64,000 nt of DNA from Octopus vulgaris (taxonomy: Eukaryota). The translations under genes and the position numbers were made by a program. Shown here piece by piece: positions 1 to 14,829 of this stretch (position 1 is the first letter of the stretch; each line of letters starts with the position of its first letter). The DNA is taken from assembly GCA_951406725.2 (NCBI GenBank), contig OX597814.1, positions 40,176,001 through 40,240,000 on the forward strand, in the 5' to 3' direction. The notes under the pieces are model-generated. The model saw only the letters and a program-made list of their open reading frames with translations. It searched no databases and had not been told where the DNA came from.

Positions 1-340
1 CAGATCTTGCCCAGGTGTCAAATGGATCACTGTGACAGAAGAATAAAGATCTATGATTATTTGAAGTGGGAAATAAGAAGTTTGTGGTAAATGAGGAGAG
101 TAGACATGATATCAATAGTAATTGGAGCACTTGGGAGTATCAACACTCACATTCCAATATCGCTGAAAATCATTGCTGCTAGTGTGGAGGTAGAACACGT
201 ACAAAAATCAAGATTTCTTGGAACTGCAAGAATTCTTCGCAGGGTTTTTGAAGCATGACCAATATAGAAGTGTCACCTTAGTCTGCTGGGTGCAAACATC
301 ATACCCAGCAAAATAAGCAGTCAGTTTTAATATAATAACG
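1..340 (+). mobile_element. 3' end of Dong/R4-type (RLE) non-LTR retrotransposon, decayed
   Basis: Translates to KIYDYLKWEIRSLW*MRRVDMISIVIGALG...QKSRFLGTARILRRVFEA* (stop 256-258), the typical RLE C-terminus; then a short 3' UTR running into (ATA/ATG)n. Confidence 0.85.
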
Positions 341-647
<307 letters not shown>

Positions 648-1804
648 CCGTGTTCTTCACTGCCTTGACATGTATGTAGCTGAAGATACAGAAATACTAA
701 TACAACCCAGTAGGACAACTGAAAATATAACAGACTAGAATATATACAGTTTTCTGAGAGCATTTTGAATTTCCCTCAAAATAAGTTAAAGAAATTATAT
801 ATCTACACCTTTGGACATACAAACAAACACCTAAAATTTTAGAAACTAATATATCTAATTTTGTGTGAACATCTTGTCTTCCCTGCTTCTCTAACTAACA
901 GAATATGTAAACATGCCTATTATTGTAACCACACAATTAAAATGCACGATAAAAAATTTTAGAAATTAAGCACCTGTCAATATATACATACTGCATAACT
1001 ACAAAAGCTGTAAACAACAGCATAACTTTCAAGAAGAAATGAAATATTCCAAAAGAAAAAGAAATTCAGAAATTCAAAAATCCAACGAGGTGAACATGCC
1101 TTCCTTCTACAATTCCTAAAGACTGGAATATCTACAATTTCCAGTGAATATTTTAATTCTCCTTCAAAATAAGTTTAAAAACTTGCATACCTATAGCTTT
1201 TGAACACATAAACGATCAGACTGAAAAAAAACAGAAAGAAAATTTTAATATCTACGACTACTGTGTGAATATTTATCCTTTCCTCTCTCCCTGAGTATTC
1301 GGAAATTTAAACAACATCCTCCGTTTTTGTTCTAAGAACTCTACCATTTCTCTCTGTGCGGTAATACAAAAGACCATATGAAGTTAATCTTAAAATTTTA
1401 CTATTATATTCTTACATTTTGACTCTCCTCGATTATTCGAAAATGTAAACATCCTACTGTATTCTCCAATGTATGTATATTCATATATATATATATATAT
1501 GTTTGTGTGTACATATAATATTTTTTGTACCAGTAATTACAAATATAACAGGTTCAGTTGCTTCTTTTCAAGGTAGCGCTCTCAGGTTTAAGTGGCCACT
1601 GGTAGTAGTGAAAACATTTAACTCCTACTGATATAAAAGATGCGAAAATTCCTTTGTTTCTATGGCGGACCACCCCAACATAAGTCGAATCTATTTATAG
1701 ATCTGTAGTGTATCTTCTATTCACCAAAGTGATATACACCTAGTTCCTCAAACAATGGTAGTTATGGTGATAGCTATAAAAATAAAAATTATAATAATAA
1801 TATG

Positions 1805-1946
1805 CTTGGCTGTGTGGTAAGTAGCTTGCTTACCAACCACATGGTTCCAGGTTCAGTCCCACTGCGTGGCACCTTGGGCAAGTGTATTCTACTATAGCCT
1901 CGGGCCGACCAAAGCCTTGTGATTGGATTTGGTAGACGGAGACTGA
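1805..1946 (+). mobile_element. tRNA-derived SINE family A, 5' part only
   Basis: TGGCTGTGTGGTAAGTAGC (A box) ... GGTTCAGTCCC (B box); same head as the copies at 2731 and 34261. Confidence 0.9.
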
Positions 1947-2020
1947 TGATGATGATGATGATGATGACGACGACGACGATGATGATGGTGATGGTGACGG
2001 TGATGGTGATGATGATGATA

Positions 2021-2589
2021 AATAATGCCCTGATGCAGTACCAGACAGTAACTCTCATAGCTTCTGATCTGAACTGATTGGAAGTGTTATCATGTACATT
2101 GTTTTGTCTTGGTATAATAGATGGGCTACACATATATTCTACTCAATACCACAGATTTGCTTGACAGTTTTTTTACTTAAACCAGTTGAGCATGTCCCTT
2201 AGTAGCTGACGATATGTGCCTCTCTGATCACGAGCAGAAGTAGTGGGGGAGCATCTTAGCCATGTGTTGAGAGGGGTTATTTGGGGTTTGAATAATTCGC
2301 CTTTGGAAACATTGGTGGTTCGTTCAACATCCTTAAACAACGCTTATTCAAAGGACCGTTTGAACAGGATGAGTTACCCGACCAGAAGAAAATTCGAAGT
2401 GGGCCCCACCTGCAAGGTCATGTGCTGTTTATCTTGATATGAGATCATAATCTGCTGCAAATGTGGTTTTGATGGATGTGCCTGGTGTACCCTTATCAGA
2501 CGGGTAGCCATGAAGGGTATACTGGGCTTTGTATATATTACCCCAGTGTCACTTTGATGGCATGTACTGCTCTCTCACTCAATAATAGT

Positions 2590-2590
<1 letters not shown>
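2021..2590. repeat. Unclassified ~570-bp interspersed repeat between (GAT)n and (AAT)n
   Basis: GC-richer block sharply bounded by trinucleotide tracts, ending ctctcactc-(AAT)n; resembles a common octopus repeat from memory; no coding motif recognised. Confidence 0.5.
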
Positions 2591-2669
<79 letters not shown>

Positions 2670-2730
2670 TAATAATAGTATTAATACTGCTACTACTACT
2701 ACTACTACTACTGCTACTAATTATAATAAT

Positions 2731-2920
2731 AGGCGTAGGAGTGGTTGAGTGGTAAGTAGCTTGCTTACCAACCACATGGTCCCGGGTTCAGCCCTACTGC
2801 GTTGCACCTTGGGCAAGTGTTTTCTACTATAGCCTAGGGCCGACCAAAGACTTGTGAGTGGATTAGGTAGACGGAAACTGAAAGAAGCCCGTCGTATATA
2901 TGTTTATATATATATATATC

Positions 2921-2975
<55 letters not shown>

Positions 2976-3213
2976 TTGTGTGTGTATGTGTGTGTGTGTG
3001 TGTTTGTGTGTCTGCGTTTTTCCTCCCAACGTCGCTTGACAACGGATGCTGGTGTGTTTACTTCCCCGTAACTTAGCGGTTCGGTAAAAGGGACCGAAAA
3101 AATAAGTACTAGGCTTCCAAAGAATTAGTCCTGGGGTCGATTTGCTCGACTAAATGAGGTGCTCCAGCATGGCCACAATCAAATTACTGAAACAAGTAAA
3201 AGTGTAAAGAGTA
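2731..3213 (+). mobile_element. tRNA-derived SINE family A, full length with internal (TA)n/(TG)n
   Basis: A/B boxes, internal microsatellite, tail ...gtgctccagcatggcc...gaaacaagtaaaagtgtaaagagta; homologous to 34261-34655. Confidence 0.92.
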
Positions 3214-3226
3214 AATAATAATAATA

Positions 3227-3305
<79 letters not shown>

Positions 3306-3323
3306 TAATAATAATAGTAATAA

Positions 3324-3830
3324 AATCCGGAAAGTGTAACAGAAAATGAGAAAGCCACCATAGTATGGGATGTGCTAATACACACAGACAGAGAAATTAA
3401 GGACAATAGGTCGGATATAATTGTCAGAGATCACCAAGTAGAATATGCTTTTTACTCGATATATCAATACCACCAGATGACAATATCTTCTAAAACGAAA
3501 GTGAAAAACTTTGAAAATATAAAGATTTGGAAATAGAGGTAATTCGAATGTGGAGCCTAAGAACAGAAACAATTCCTATCATTGTAGACGCATTTGGGTA
3601 TGATAAAATGAACACATTCAGACAAATACGTAACAAAAACACCAGGAATTACAAGTATATATAACATACAGAAAACAAACCTAGTAGGCACTGCACACAT
3701 CCTACTTAAAACAGTCTCAGTACCGTAAAAATATGAGCACCATAACAGATCACAGCACATACCCAAGTCACCAAGTGATGCGCTCGGTACTGCAGCGAAT
3801 GCACATGATAAAAATAAGACTACCATTTGT
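3324..3830 (+). mobile_element. Dong/R4-type LINE 3' fragment (RLE endonuclease domain)
   Basis: IVWDVLIHTDREIKDNRSDIIV...LDISIP...KYKDLEIEVIRMW...IPIIV...GTAHIL; (TAA)n-type tracts on both sides. Confidence 0.88.
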
Positions 3831-4415
3831 AATTATAATAATGATGATGATGATGATGATAATTATGCTGACGACGACAATGATGATTATGATGACGGTA
3901 ATCTATGTCATTTAGTAAGTAATAAAAGTTGTTGTTATGACATCACAGAAAACATTTTGAGAGAAAGAAAATCTGCGAATTATTAAAAAGTCAAATTCTT
4001 CTTTTGATCAAAGATCTTGATTGCTGAAAAATAATAGAAAGATTATGAATGTGTATATATGGGCAGAAATGCATTAATTTTAAAATTCACACGTTTTGTA
4101 CACGTACATACATTCTTAAAATGTGAGAATTTTACTCAATATAAGCAAAAATATGTTGTTTTATACGTAACATTATTTGTTTTTTTTCTGAAAACTGTCG
4201 TTAAGAATATAAGATGGTAAAATTTATTGTCTTTTTATGCATTTTATATTAGTAAGAAAAAGTGTTACTTTAATGAGAAAGATTATACTTTATGTATGTG
4301 TCAAGACTCATACAGCTGTCGTCCAATAAGTGTATAAGTATGTTTACATGCATCTATAATATATACACATGCATATTTATATGTACATGTATATAAGTAC
4401 GTATAAATGCATACA

Positions 4416-4533
<118 letters not shown>

Positions 4534-4539
4534 AATACA

Positions 4540-5120
4540 AGAAGATATAATAGTATATAATGGCTATAGCAGTTAAAACAATATAGGTAACATTAATAAA
4601 CAAGGGTACAATATAGTACCTGCAATTGCTAGAAATGAGAGTCAAAAATATAACTCGAACAGCCTTACAACAAGAGCACCAACCTCATGAAATATTCGGC
4701 ACTGCGGGCAGCAACCCACAACATCATATTTAACTTATTTTAGGGAGATAAACTCACAGAATAAAGTAGTTTGATGTAAAGCAGTAACGTAATTTCTAAA
4801 TTTGATCACCCTGATCTTGTTTCTCTTCAAGGGATTCTACAATTACTCCGGATTAAAGAGACAGCTAGCCTCCCAGTAGCTCATAAGAAAAAAAAACATT
4901 GAACAGCGAGAGCTAAAATTCGAAACGGTTAAAGTTGAGAGAAAAACACAAGCTATTACTATAATATATTAATATATTATGATATATTCAATACAATATA
5001 ATATAGGGGGCTATAACAATTAAGACCAAAATGGTAAAATTAATAAATGAGGATGCAAAATTGCACCTGCGATTGCTAGAAATGAAATTCAAAAATATAG
5101 TTCAAGCAGCCACACGTAAG
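4540..5120. mobile_element. Old PLE pLTR-like remnant with degenerate direct repeat
   Basis: About 4560-4665 is repeated imperfectly at about 5008-5113; has the ttgctagaaat...tcaaa motif seen in other pLTR-like units here; follows (TA)n; eroded hammerhead-like string on the minus strand at about 4783-4832. Confidence 0.5.
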
Positions 5121-5673
5121 TAATATAGATATATGATAAAATATGGATTCAGATAAAATGAGACACTTGAAAATATATGCACAAGGTAGGGTTGGATAAA
5201 TATGTGGTTCCGACCTGTGGTTCCGGTCTAAGATATTAAGTATTAAATAGGAGATTCCTGTTATTGAAACAGAGAAAACTCACCTTATGAGTGTTTAGCC
5301 CTTAGGAACTGGCCAAAATCACACGTTACTTTGAATTGTACGTTGGCATTATACTCTAGGGAGTTCGATAAGTCATAAATTCCCTTGGTACATTATAATC
5401 AAAGGAATAATAACATACGATGGATTATTGTCAGCTCATTACAGTTTTTTTTTTTGAGAATCAATTTTAATAGAAGAACGAGAACATTACGCCATAAAAA
5501 AAAAAACGTTATCATCACATGAAAAATAATTTTACAAACAAAAGAATATCCCAAGAGTACAACAGAGATGTGGCTGAAGTCTGCCAAGGCCAACTATGAA
5601 ATTGGAAAATGTTAGTCATTAAAAATAATAGGTTACAAACAGCTGTAATATATGAATAAACTTAGGAATACGC

Positions 5674-6428
<755 letters not shown>

Positions 6429-6438
6429 TATATATAAT

Positions 6439-6740
6439 TGTTATATTCTTACGCTCCCAATATCGTAGTACGTTTGATATTGCCGATGAGAGATAAAGAA
6501 TAACCTGTAACAGTGTTATAATAATAGAAAATATAAATACCGGTGATAACAAACACGCAACTAACTAAAAATGTTTGAAGAAACAAAATCAATATTTCGA
6601 ACACACTAACTCGAACTGTAAACTGTACCTGGACTTCCGAGATGAAACTACGAACTCACCAACTACGTCAGACCGTTACTATTTATATGTAGTAGTCCCG
6701 TCTATGCTCGTCAGAGGATATTGTACTCTCGTCGGAACAT
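6439..6740 (-). repeat. 3' LTR of the Gypsy element (inner boundary uncertain)
   Basis: Starts TGTTAT; alignable by eye with 10457-10601 plus 11343-11465 (e.g. tcgtagtacg, ctgtaacagtgttata, tacctggactt, tcccgtctat..tcgtcagagg). Confidence 0.8.
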
Positions 6741-9700
6741 CCCATTTAGAGACTTTGAGTTCTTATAGAATTCGTTATGCCAGTCATGTTAAAACCGTTA
6801 ATTACAAGACTTATAACGAAAAAATTATTTATGACATTTCTTAATGAAATCGTGTTATCTTTCACCAGAGCAACGCCAGGATTTTCTGTTAGTAATCAAT
6901 TAAATATATGACCAACTTCATAATCAATTATCCTTCACTCATTAATTTTCCCGCATCATCATCATCATCATTCAAACTTCATTACATTCGACTTTTTATT
7001 TTTTCGTATATTTTCGCTTCGGCTTCATCTCAAGGTGCTCGGTCAGCTTCCGTTTTCTCATGCTGGTTATACGAGACTCTATTACTTTCGGAGCTGGGTC
7101 ATCAAATACATAAAAAATACTCCCATACGATTGTCTCTACGTTCTCCGGTATGTCTCTTCTTTAGCTGATGAATGCGTCTCTTATGCTCCCAGCGTAGTC
7201 CTTTAATTAGTTCCATCATACTTCTTACTTTCTTGTTAAAAGGCCATATTCTCAGCCATCATTACTACTTTTGTAGGTTTTAAAATGCACGCTCTTGCTT
7301 CGAAATATTTCGTTGCCGCGTTCGTATTTCTTTTACATCTTTTTTCTCTGGCAATAACTTACCAAAAATCAATTTTATTCTTCTCGGGAATATCAACTCT
7401 GCGGGGGACTTCCCTGAATTTCTTATAGGATTGGTGGTTACTCTATATACACTTAAGAAATTTTTTAGTGTTCCGTCGTTATTTAATTCGTTCCTAGCTT
7501 TTCATTAGACTCTTTTGAACGTGTCCCTGAATCTTTCTACCTGTCCATTTCATCTCCGGTGATAGGGTCGAATGACAATATGCTTTATGACATGTATTTT
7601 ATAGAGGTTCTTCATTTCAAGTCCCGAGAATTCACTTCCATTATCAGAAAGTACCGTGTGTGAAACGCCTTATCGCGCAAATAATTCTGACAGGAAACTT
7701 ATACCTGTCTTAGCAGTTGGTTTTTTGCACCTGCATACCTCTGGCCACTTTGTTCAGCTTTCTATCACGATTAGATAGTAAGGGACTTTCACCGCTCCAG
7801 CATAGTCGATAAGTAACCTAGACCATCTGTTCTCAGTCTCCGGCCACGATTGATATTTTACCAACGATGTTTTGGCCGCGAGCGTGCATCCTTAACAAGT
7901 TATCGCCAAATTTTCGATATCCTAGTCCATAGTCGGCCAATAAGCGTGGCACCTCATCAGAGCTTTCATCCTCAACACTCCCGGTAGTCTGATGTGGATT
8001 CGCTGCCATACACGTATTTGTAAAGTATCTGGCACGACAACTCTTTGCGCATACATCAGAATATCGTTGCATATTGGGAACCTACTCGAATTTGTATTTT
8101 TATTCTCCTTATCTTTTAAAGCTACTTTCATATTTTTGCAGTATAATCAGCGCCTACAGATTTCATTCTTCTATTGTGTGCAGAAACTGGCAATTAGTTG
8201 GATAACACTACTCATAATACTTTTTGTTTCATTTTCTGCATGCAGTGCAGTTATCACCTCTGGTGGTTCTGTATTTTTTTTGAATTTATCTCGATAGACA
8301 ATTCGCCTGATCAATATTTTTCGACGGAATATACTGCATTTTAAACTTATAATTAAGTCATATTGTAGTCGGATCGATGTATGGGTAGGTAACCCTTTCT
8401 TTGATCCCTAAATTGATAGCAATGGCAGATGATCTATTTGTAACATAAACCTTTGTACCATATAGAAACCATTGGAAGATTTTTACAGCAAAACTAATCG
8501 ACAAGGCTTCTTTTGCTATCTGACTATATTTTTTTCTCTGCCGCCATCAAGGAGAGCAAAACATAAATCACTGATTACGCTGTTCCATCTTTATACTTGT
8601 GTAGCAAAACAGCTCTAATTGTGTACTACAAAGCATCAGGCGCTACAAAAATACCCACTTCGGGGTCGAAATGAGGTGGAGACATATTTGCGATTACATT
8701 TTTTTTATTCAAAAGCGTTTTGGCATTTAACCGACCAATTCCACATTACTTCTTTCTGTAGTAAGTCATTCAAAGGATCTCTTAATTCGCGTATGCTAGG
8801 AATGTAGTTCTGGTTGTAGTTTCGCAGCTCAAGAGACGCTTGCAAAGTTGGTATATTTATCGGAGGTGGTGTATTCTTTATTGCGTCTTCACTCAGCAGG
8901 TCGGACATTCAGCTTTTTTATGATTGTACTCTTTTACAGGCTGTCCAACTCTTCATGTATGATTTCATTCGCTGCGAACGGTAGATTTTTGTTAGATTTA
9001 AATACAGGCTCAGCGTTTTTCGTTATTTGAATGCAGGCTTCCGTCTTTTCCGATAGCACTTGAGGAAACATGTTTTTCAATTCTCTCTTCAATTTCTTAG
9101 GCGATTTATTTTTAACGAGACCACTAATAAATTTTTTGCAGTAGGAACGGATGGGGAGGTGCCATAAGTCAAATAATTTCAACCATTCTGTACCAAACAG
9201 ATGGATTGTATTCTCCACAATTAATATGTTTGCTTACATATTTCACCTGGAAATATGACGTCTATACAAACTTTGCCCATGACATGTAATTGATCGCCCG
9301 GCAAGCCACGAAGAATTTTCGGTGTTTTACGTAACCTCGGTTTCCTAATTTTTCTCAATTTACCCGCATTCATGATTGAAATATCACTACCCGTATCAAA
9401 CTGTAGGTTAATATTTACACAATTTATTTTTACGTGTACGAATTTCCTATTTTGTGTGTGTCGTATTCACTTTCAGCTGAAAACAGCTTAAAAATTTTGC
9501 TTTCGACACTGTGAGCTCTTGTGACCAAGTTTCTAACAACTGTAGTATTTTCTGTTTTTAAACGCCCACTGTTTTCTGAATAGTAGGCCTTCACGTCCGT
9601 AACATGGATTAGATGCTAGCACTCTGATTTGGTTTAACTTTCCGGGTTGACACATCTATATTTTTGCGGCATCATTTTCTTTAATTTTTTTCACGTCGTA

Positions 9701-10442
9701 CTTCAGGTTTACTATTATTTGACATTCTTCTACAATGATCTTTAGGGTTATGTTTCGACGCTCGTTTAATTTTTGAGAGAATCCTTAACCGAATCTCTGT
9801 CTTCGGTTGCTCAAAGGCCTTATACGATGATTAGTGATTTGAAAATATCCTGAGTGAGTTCCTGAAGTTTAAGGTTTTCACACATACGGTCGACTATTCC
9901 GGCTTATGTATTCAAATCATCATCGTCATTATTTAAGTTCCAACATTCCATTCGAGTGTTAAATAAGGAAATTTTTTTGTCATAAAATATCTTTGAGAGT
10001 AATGCAGTAGTTTCTTGGAAAGAAATATCACTCGAATTTTTGGTTAATATAAAGTTATAGTAGCGTTCATGCTTGGCTGGAGCTCTCTTGCGTAGCAATA
10101 ACCTCACTTTCACCTCATCCGACCTTGACTTGCAATCTTTATTAAAAATTTCCTCTCACCGTCTATTGTACACAGGAAACGTAATACACTCCTCTGGATA
10201 ATAACTGAATTCAGAAATCGAGTTCGCCACGTTTTCTGGTGTAAATGAACTTTCAGAATTTTCGGATTTTCTTGGCTGTAACTAAATTAAAATGTTATTC
10301 TTATAGTATTTGTGTCTGCAACTCCTGTAGATATTTCTTTTGCTTGTTATGAAGCTATACTACAGCAGCTTGTAAGTTATCGATGATTCAACAAATTGTA
10401 TGACGCACAAAATGTTAAATAACCTACATGAGCTTCAAAAAT

Positions 10443-10454
10443 TCCTGGTCGCCA
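10443..10454 (-). promoter_or_regulatory. Primer binding site of the Gypsy element
   Basis: Minus strand reads ...ATAACA tc TGGCGACCAGGA immediately inside the LTR end. Confidence 0.8.
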
Positions 10455-10456
10455 GA

Positions 10457-11470
10457 TGTTATGTCCCTTCGCCTCCAATGTCGTAGTACGGTTGATATAG
10501 TCGACGATATATAAGGAATACACTGTAACAGTGTTATAGCAAACATAGAAACAGCGGCAGTAAGACACACATAACGAACCAACAATCAATATTTCCAACT
10601 CAACAAGGCGTCGAGCTGGCAGAAATGTTAGCACGCTGGGCGAAATGCTTAGCGGTATTTCGTCTGCAGCTACGTTCTAAGTTCAAATTCCGCCGTGGTC
10701 GACTTTGCCTTTCATCCTTTTGGGATCGATTAAATAAGTACCAGTTACGCACTGGGGTCGCTGCAATCGACTTAATCTGTTTGTCTCTCCTTGTTTGTCC
10801 TCTCTGTGTTTAGCCCCTTGTGGGTAGTAAAGAAATGCGATAACGCGACGAGCTGGTAGAATCGTTACGACGCCGGGCGAAATGTGTAGCCGTATCTCGT
10901 CTGCCACTACGTTCTGAGTTCATATTCCGCCCCTGTCGTCTTTGCCTTTCACCATTTCGGGATCGATTAAATAAGCACCAGTTACGCACTGGAGTCGATA
11001 TAATTGACTTAATTCGTCTGTCTGTCCTTGTTTGTCCTCTCAGTGTTTAGGCCCTTGAGGGTAGTAAAGAAATTGTTATTTCGTCTGCCGCTACGTTCTG
11101 AGTTCGAATTCCACCGAGGTCACTTTGCCTTTCATCCTTTCGGGGTCGTTAAATTCAGTACGAGATTCGTTTGGGGTCGATCTAATCGACTGGCCTCCTC
11201 CCCCAAATCTCAGCCCTTTTGCTTAGAATAAAAAATATTAGTACCAGTTCCGTACTGGGGTCAATCTAATCGACTGGTTGCCTCTCCAAAAATTTCGAGC
11301 CTTGTGCCTAGAGAAGGAAAAAAAAAAGAATATTTCCAACTCGAACTGTTCTCTACCTGGACTTTGAAGACCAAACTACGAATGCGCTGACTATGTGAGA
11401 CTACAACTATTTCTATGTAGTGATCCCGTCTATTTTCGTCAGAGGGTGTCGTAATCTCGACCCAACTATA
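10457..11470 (-). repeat. 5' LTR of the Gypsy element, interrupted by a SINE multimer
   Basis: Homology to the LTR at 6439 resumes after the duplicated AATATTTCCAACTC (10588-10601 and 11329-11342). Confidence 0.82.
10606..11328 (+). mobile_element. tRNA-derived SINE family B, multimer of about four units
   Basis: Repeated gagctggcagaa..gttagcacg / gttcaaattccgcc / ctttgcctttcatcctttcggg units; A-rich tail; single 14-bp TSD. Confidence 0.9.
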
Positions 11471-11599
11471 TTGAATTCGTTCCTAGTTCATCTATTTTTT
11501 CTCTCACTTCTTTCCATTCTAAAGAAGCAGCTGAGTATCTAAATATTTGTTGTTGTTGTTGTTGTTGTTGTTGTTATTAGTGTTATTATTTTTTAAAAG

Positions 11600-12990
11600 G
11601 ATTGACGTAACTTTTCACTATGATGTCTGGCCTATTTGCATCTATCTTTCTGTCAGTTTGAATGGTGAAGTTCCAGAGGAGTGGGATGTGGTCATTTTCA
11701 AGCACTGGGCGTGGTTTGTGTTCCCACCATTTTTTTCATGGGGCAAATCCAGGTATTTGCAGATTACCCAGTGAATATATTGTGCAGCTCTATCGGGCCT
11801 GTTGAGATACTCTGTACGCGCTAGAAGACTGCACTTGGAGACCACATGATCAATGGTTTCATGTGTTGCTGGCGTACACGACACGTTGGACTGCTGCTGA
11901 TCTTTAATATTTTGGCCTGGTAGTTTCTTGTTGGTAGGCATTGACCTTGAGCTGCTATGATAAATACCTCTGTTTCAGATTTTAAGCCAGAGGCCATTAG
12001 CCATTGATGGGTCAGGGCTTTGTCGATATCTGCATTATTCGCTCTCTTTGGGTATTTGCCATAGAGAGGTTTTTCTTGCCATTTATTATTCAGAATATCT
12101 AAGGCCGCAGTTTTAGCACGGGTTTTCATGCGCTTAGATTTTTCTGTGCCTGTTTCTTGTATGTCTATCTCTAATTCCGAAATTTGTTGTATTCTGAATT
12201 CACTTAGATATTCCTTTGCCTTTTTTGTTACTGAGTATGATGCTTTCTTGTTTTCATTGTTTAAGACAAGTTTTAACATCTAGTCCTCAGAGTTTTTCAG
12301 GTAGGTGTCTAGGCCAATTGTAGCAATCTTCATTGTTATTGCCAGTTGTAAAGGTCCACGGCCTCCCTCTTTTCTTGGCAGATAATGTCGTTCTGTATCT
12401 GCCTTAGGGTGGTGCATTCTATGCATTGTCAACGGTCTTCGTATTTTTCTGTCAAGATTACATATTTCAGTAATTGACCAGTTAATGATATTGAAACTGT
12501 AAGTCACGAGTGGTATGGCTAAAGCATTGATCGCATTTAGCTCTGTCTTGAGTATTGTTATTACTCTGTGATAACATTCTCTCCTGATCCTTTCCTTCAT
12601 CTCTGAATGCCTTATTCTGTCTCCTTCAATTTCCCTTAGATACTTGGAGTTCTCCGCTGGGTCTAGTTCTTTTATGACATTCTGCTTGTCAAAGTTAACG
12701 TTAGATGTTTCTGTCATTTTTCCGTTGATAAAGGTAGCTTTTGCACACTTATCGAGGCCAAATTCATTCTGATGTCATCACTGAATTGTTTGACAATCGC
12801 TAGTAAGCCCTTGAGTTATTGGTCATTTTGTGCAAAGAGCTTTAAATCATCCATGTAAATGAGATGATTTATATTTTTATCAAACATTTCATATCCGTAC
12901 TGCGCGTCATTGAGCAGTTTTGAGGTATTAAGGCTAAACAGAAGAGGAGTGGTGATAGTGAGTCACCCTGGAAAATGCCACATGAAATTT
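11600..12990 (-). mobile_element. Dong/R4-type LINE fragment (RT to CCHC zinc knuckle)
   Basis: GIFQGDSLSPL, HLIYMDDLKLFA, YLPRKEGGRG, IIAAQGQCLPTRNY, CRV..ETIDHVVSKC; bounded by (TTA)n and (TTG)n. Confidence 0.93.
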
Positions 12991-13004
12991 TTACATCACC
13001 AGCA

Positions 13005-13187
<183 letters not shown>

Positions 13188-14043
13188 CATACAGGTTTAT
13201 GTAAAATATTTAGTCTTTCTTCCTGCGGAATTTCTATCGGGTAATGGCGGTGAATGAGAAAGGCTGCCGTTTTTCACATAGCTGAGAGTCTGTTCATGCA
13301 ATTGATATCTGTAAATCTAGCGAAAAACTTTGACTTCATATAAAACATTAACTGTGACTACGTTTTCTTAGTTCCATTTTTATATATGTTGCGCACACTC
13401 TGCATTGTATCACATCTGGATTCTGAAGCCTGTCTGATCCCATCGAAGATAAGAGTTGAATGTATAATAGATTCCCTGAACTGCATGCATTTTGACAACG
13501 TGCTGCGCCTTATCGTGTACTTTTATTTTAACTGTAGTGTTTTACTCCGTTAGTGATACCTTGCCATCCGTACCGATAAACTATTGGGATTGAGAAATAA
13601 TATGTTTAATTATTCATCAAGAATATATTAACAACTAGGGAGAAGAAATTTCTTAAGCTTAACCGCACGTTCATATATATATAGCATGTGTTTTGACACA
13701 TTCCACCAAAACATAAAAAATCGCAAGCTTCTCTGAAAACCCAACATACAACCCTTTCCACGATTAATTCCAAGAAAATGTGCATAACGCACACTACTAC
13801 ATATGTATGTCTATATATGTGTAGTTTGTGTATGTGTGTGTTTGTATTGTTTGTGTGCGTGTGCATATCTGTGCACTTGTGGGGGTGGGGGTGTTTGTGC
13901 ACACGCATGTATGTGTGTAACTCCATAGATATTATCTGTAATTCTTTCATGTGTTTCAGCCTAATGGTTGTGCCATGCCGGGGGCAGGTCCACCAGCATA
14001 ATCCCTTTTTAAGACGTAGTAATAGTAGAGAAAGGAGGTGGCT

Positions 14044-14088
14044 AAGAAGAAGAAAAACGAAGAAGGAGAAGAAGAAGAAGAAGAAGAG

Positions 14089-14122
<34 letters not shown>

Positions 14123-14229
14123 GAGAAGAAGAAGAAGACGAAGAAGAAGAAGAAAAACGAAGAAGAAGAAGAAGAAGAAGAAGAAGAAGAAGAAGAAGAA
14201 GAAGAAAAGGAAGAAGAAAAAAGAAGAAG
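14044..14229. repeat. (GAA)n purine-rich microsatellite
   Basis: Directly visible. Confidence 0.98.
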
Positions 14230-14380
14230 TAATACGGTAGAGGCATGACAGCAGAAGGATGTTAAATTGTCAAGTGATATAAAAGTGACTCGTTGTGCAT
14301 GGTAGTAGTGATTAGAATTGTGAATAAATTTTTGAGGTGATTATTTTTAATGTATCAGTTTCTAATGCATATATATATAT

Positions 14381-14809
<429 letters not shown>

Positions 14810-14829
14810 GTAGAGATACCAAAGTCGGC

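Larger units (their letters stand above)
6439..11470 (-). mobile_element. Decayed Ty3/Gypsy LTR retrotransposon (K02A2.6/Mag-like)
   Basis: Minus-strand order: gag (KVRLLLRK..ERYYNFIL, ~10110), protease LQFDTGSDISI (~9400), RT/RNase H (IPSIRELRDPLNDLLQK, YSQIAKEAL), integrase (PGVLRMKALMR..YWPTMD; SDNGSEF; NGQVERF). Many stops and frameshifts. Confidence 0.92.

Noticed and set aside
6865-6893. Helitron-like 3' end (cagagcaacgccagg...ctgttagt)
   Set aside because: Short and degenerate, lacking CTAG and any identifiable 5' end.
7166-7200. CTGATGA hammerhead core candidate
   Set aside because: No downstream GAAA or helices; it is the antisense of integrase codons (RRIHQLK).
10606-11328. CRISPR-like repeat array
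   Set aside because: The units are long SINE monomers without unique spacers; eukaryotic context and no cas genes.
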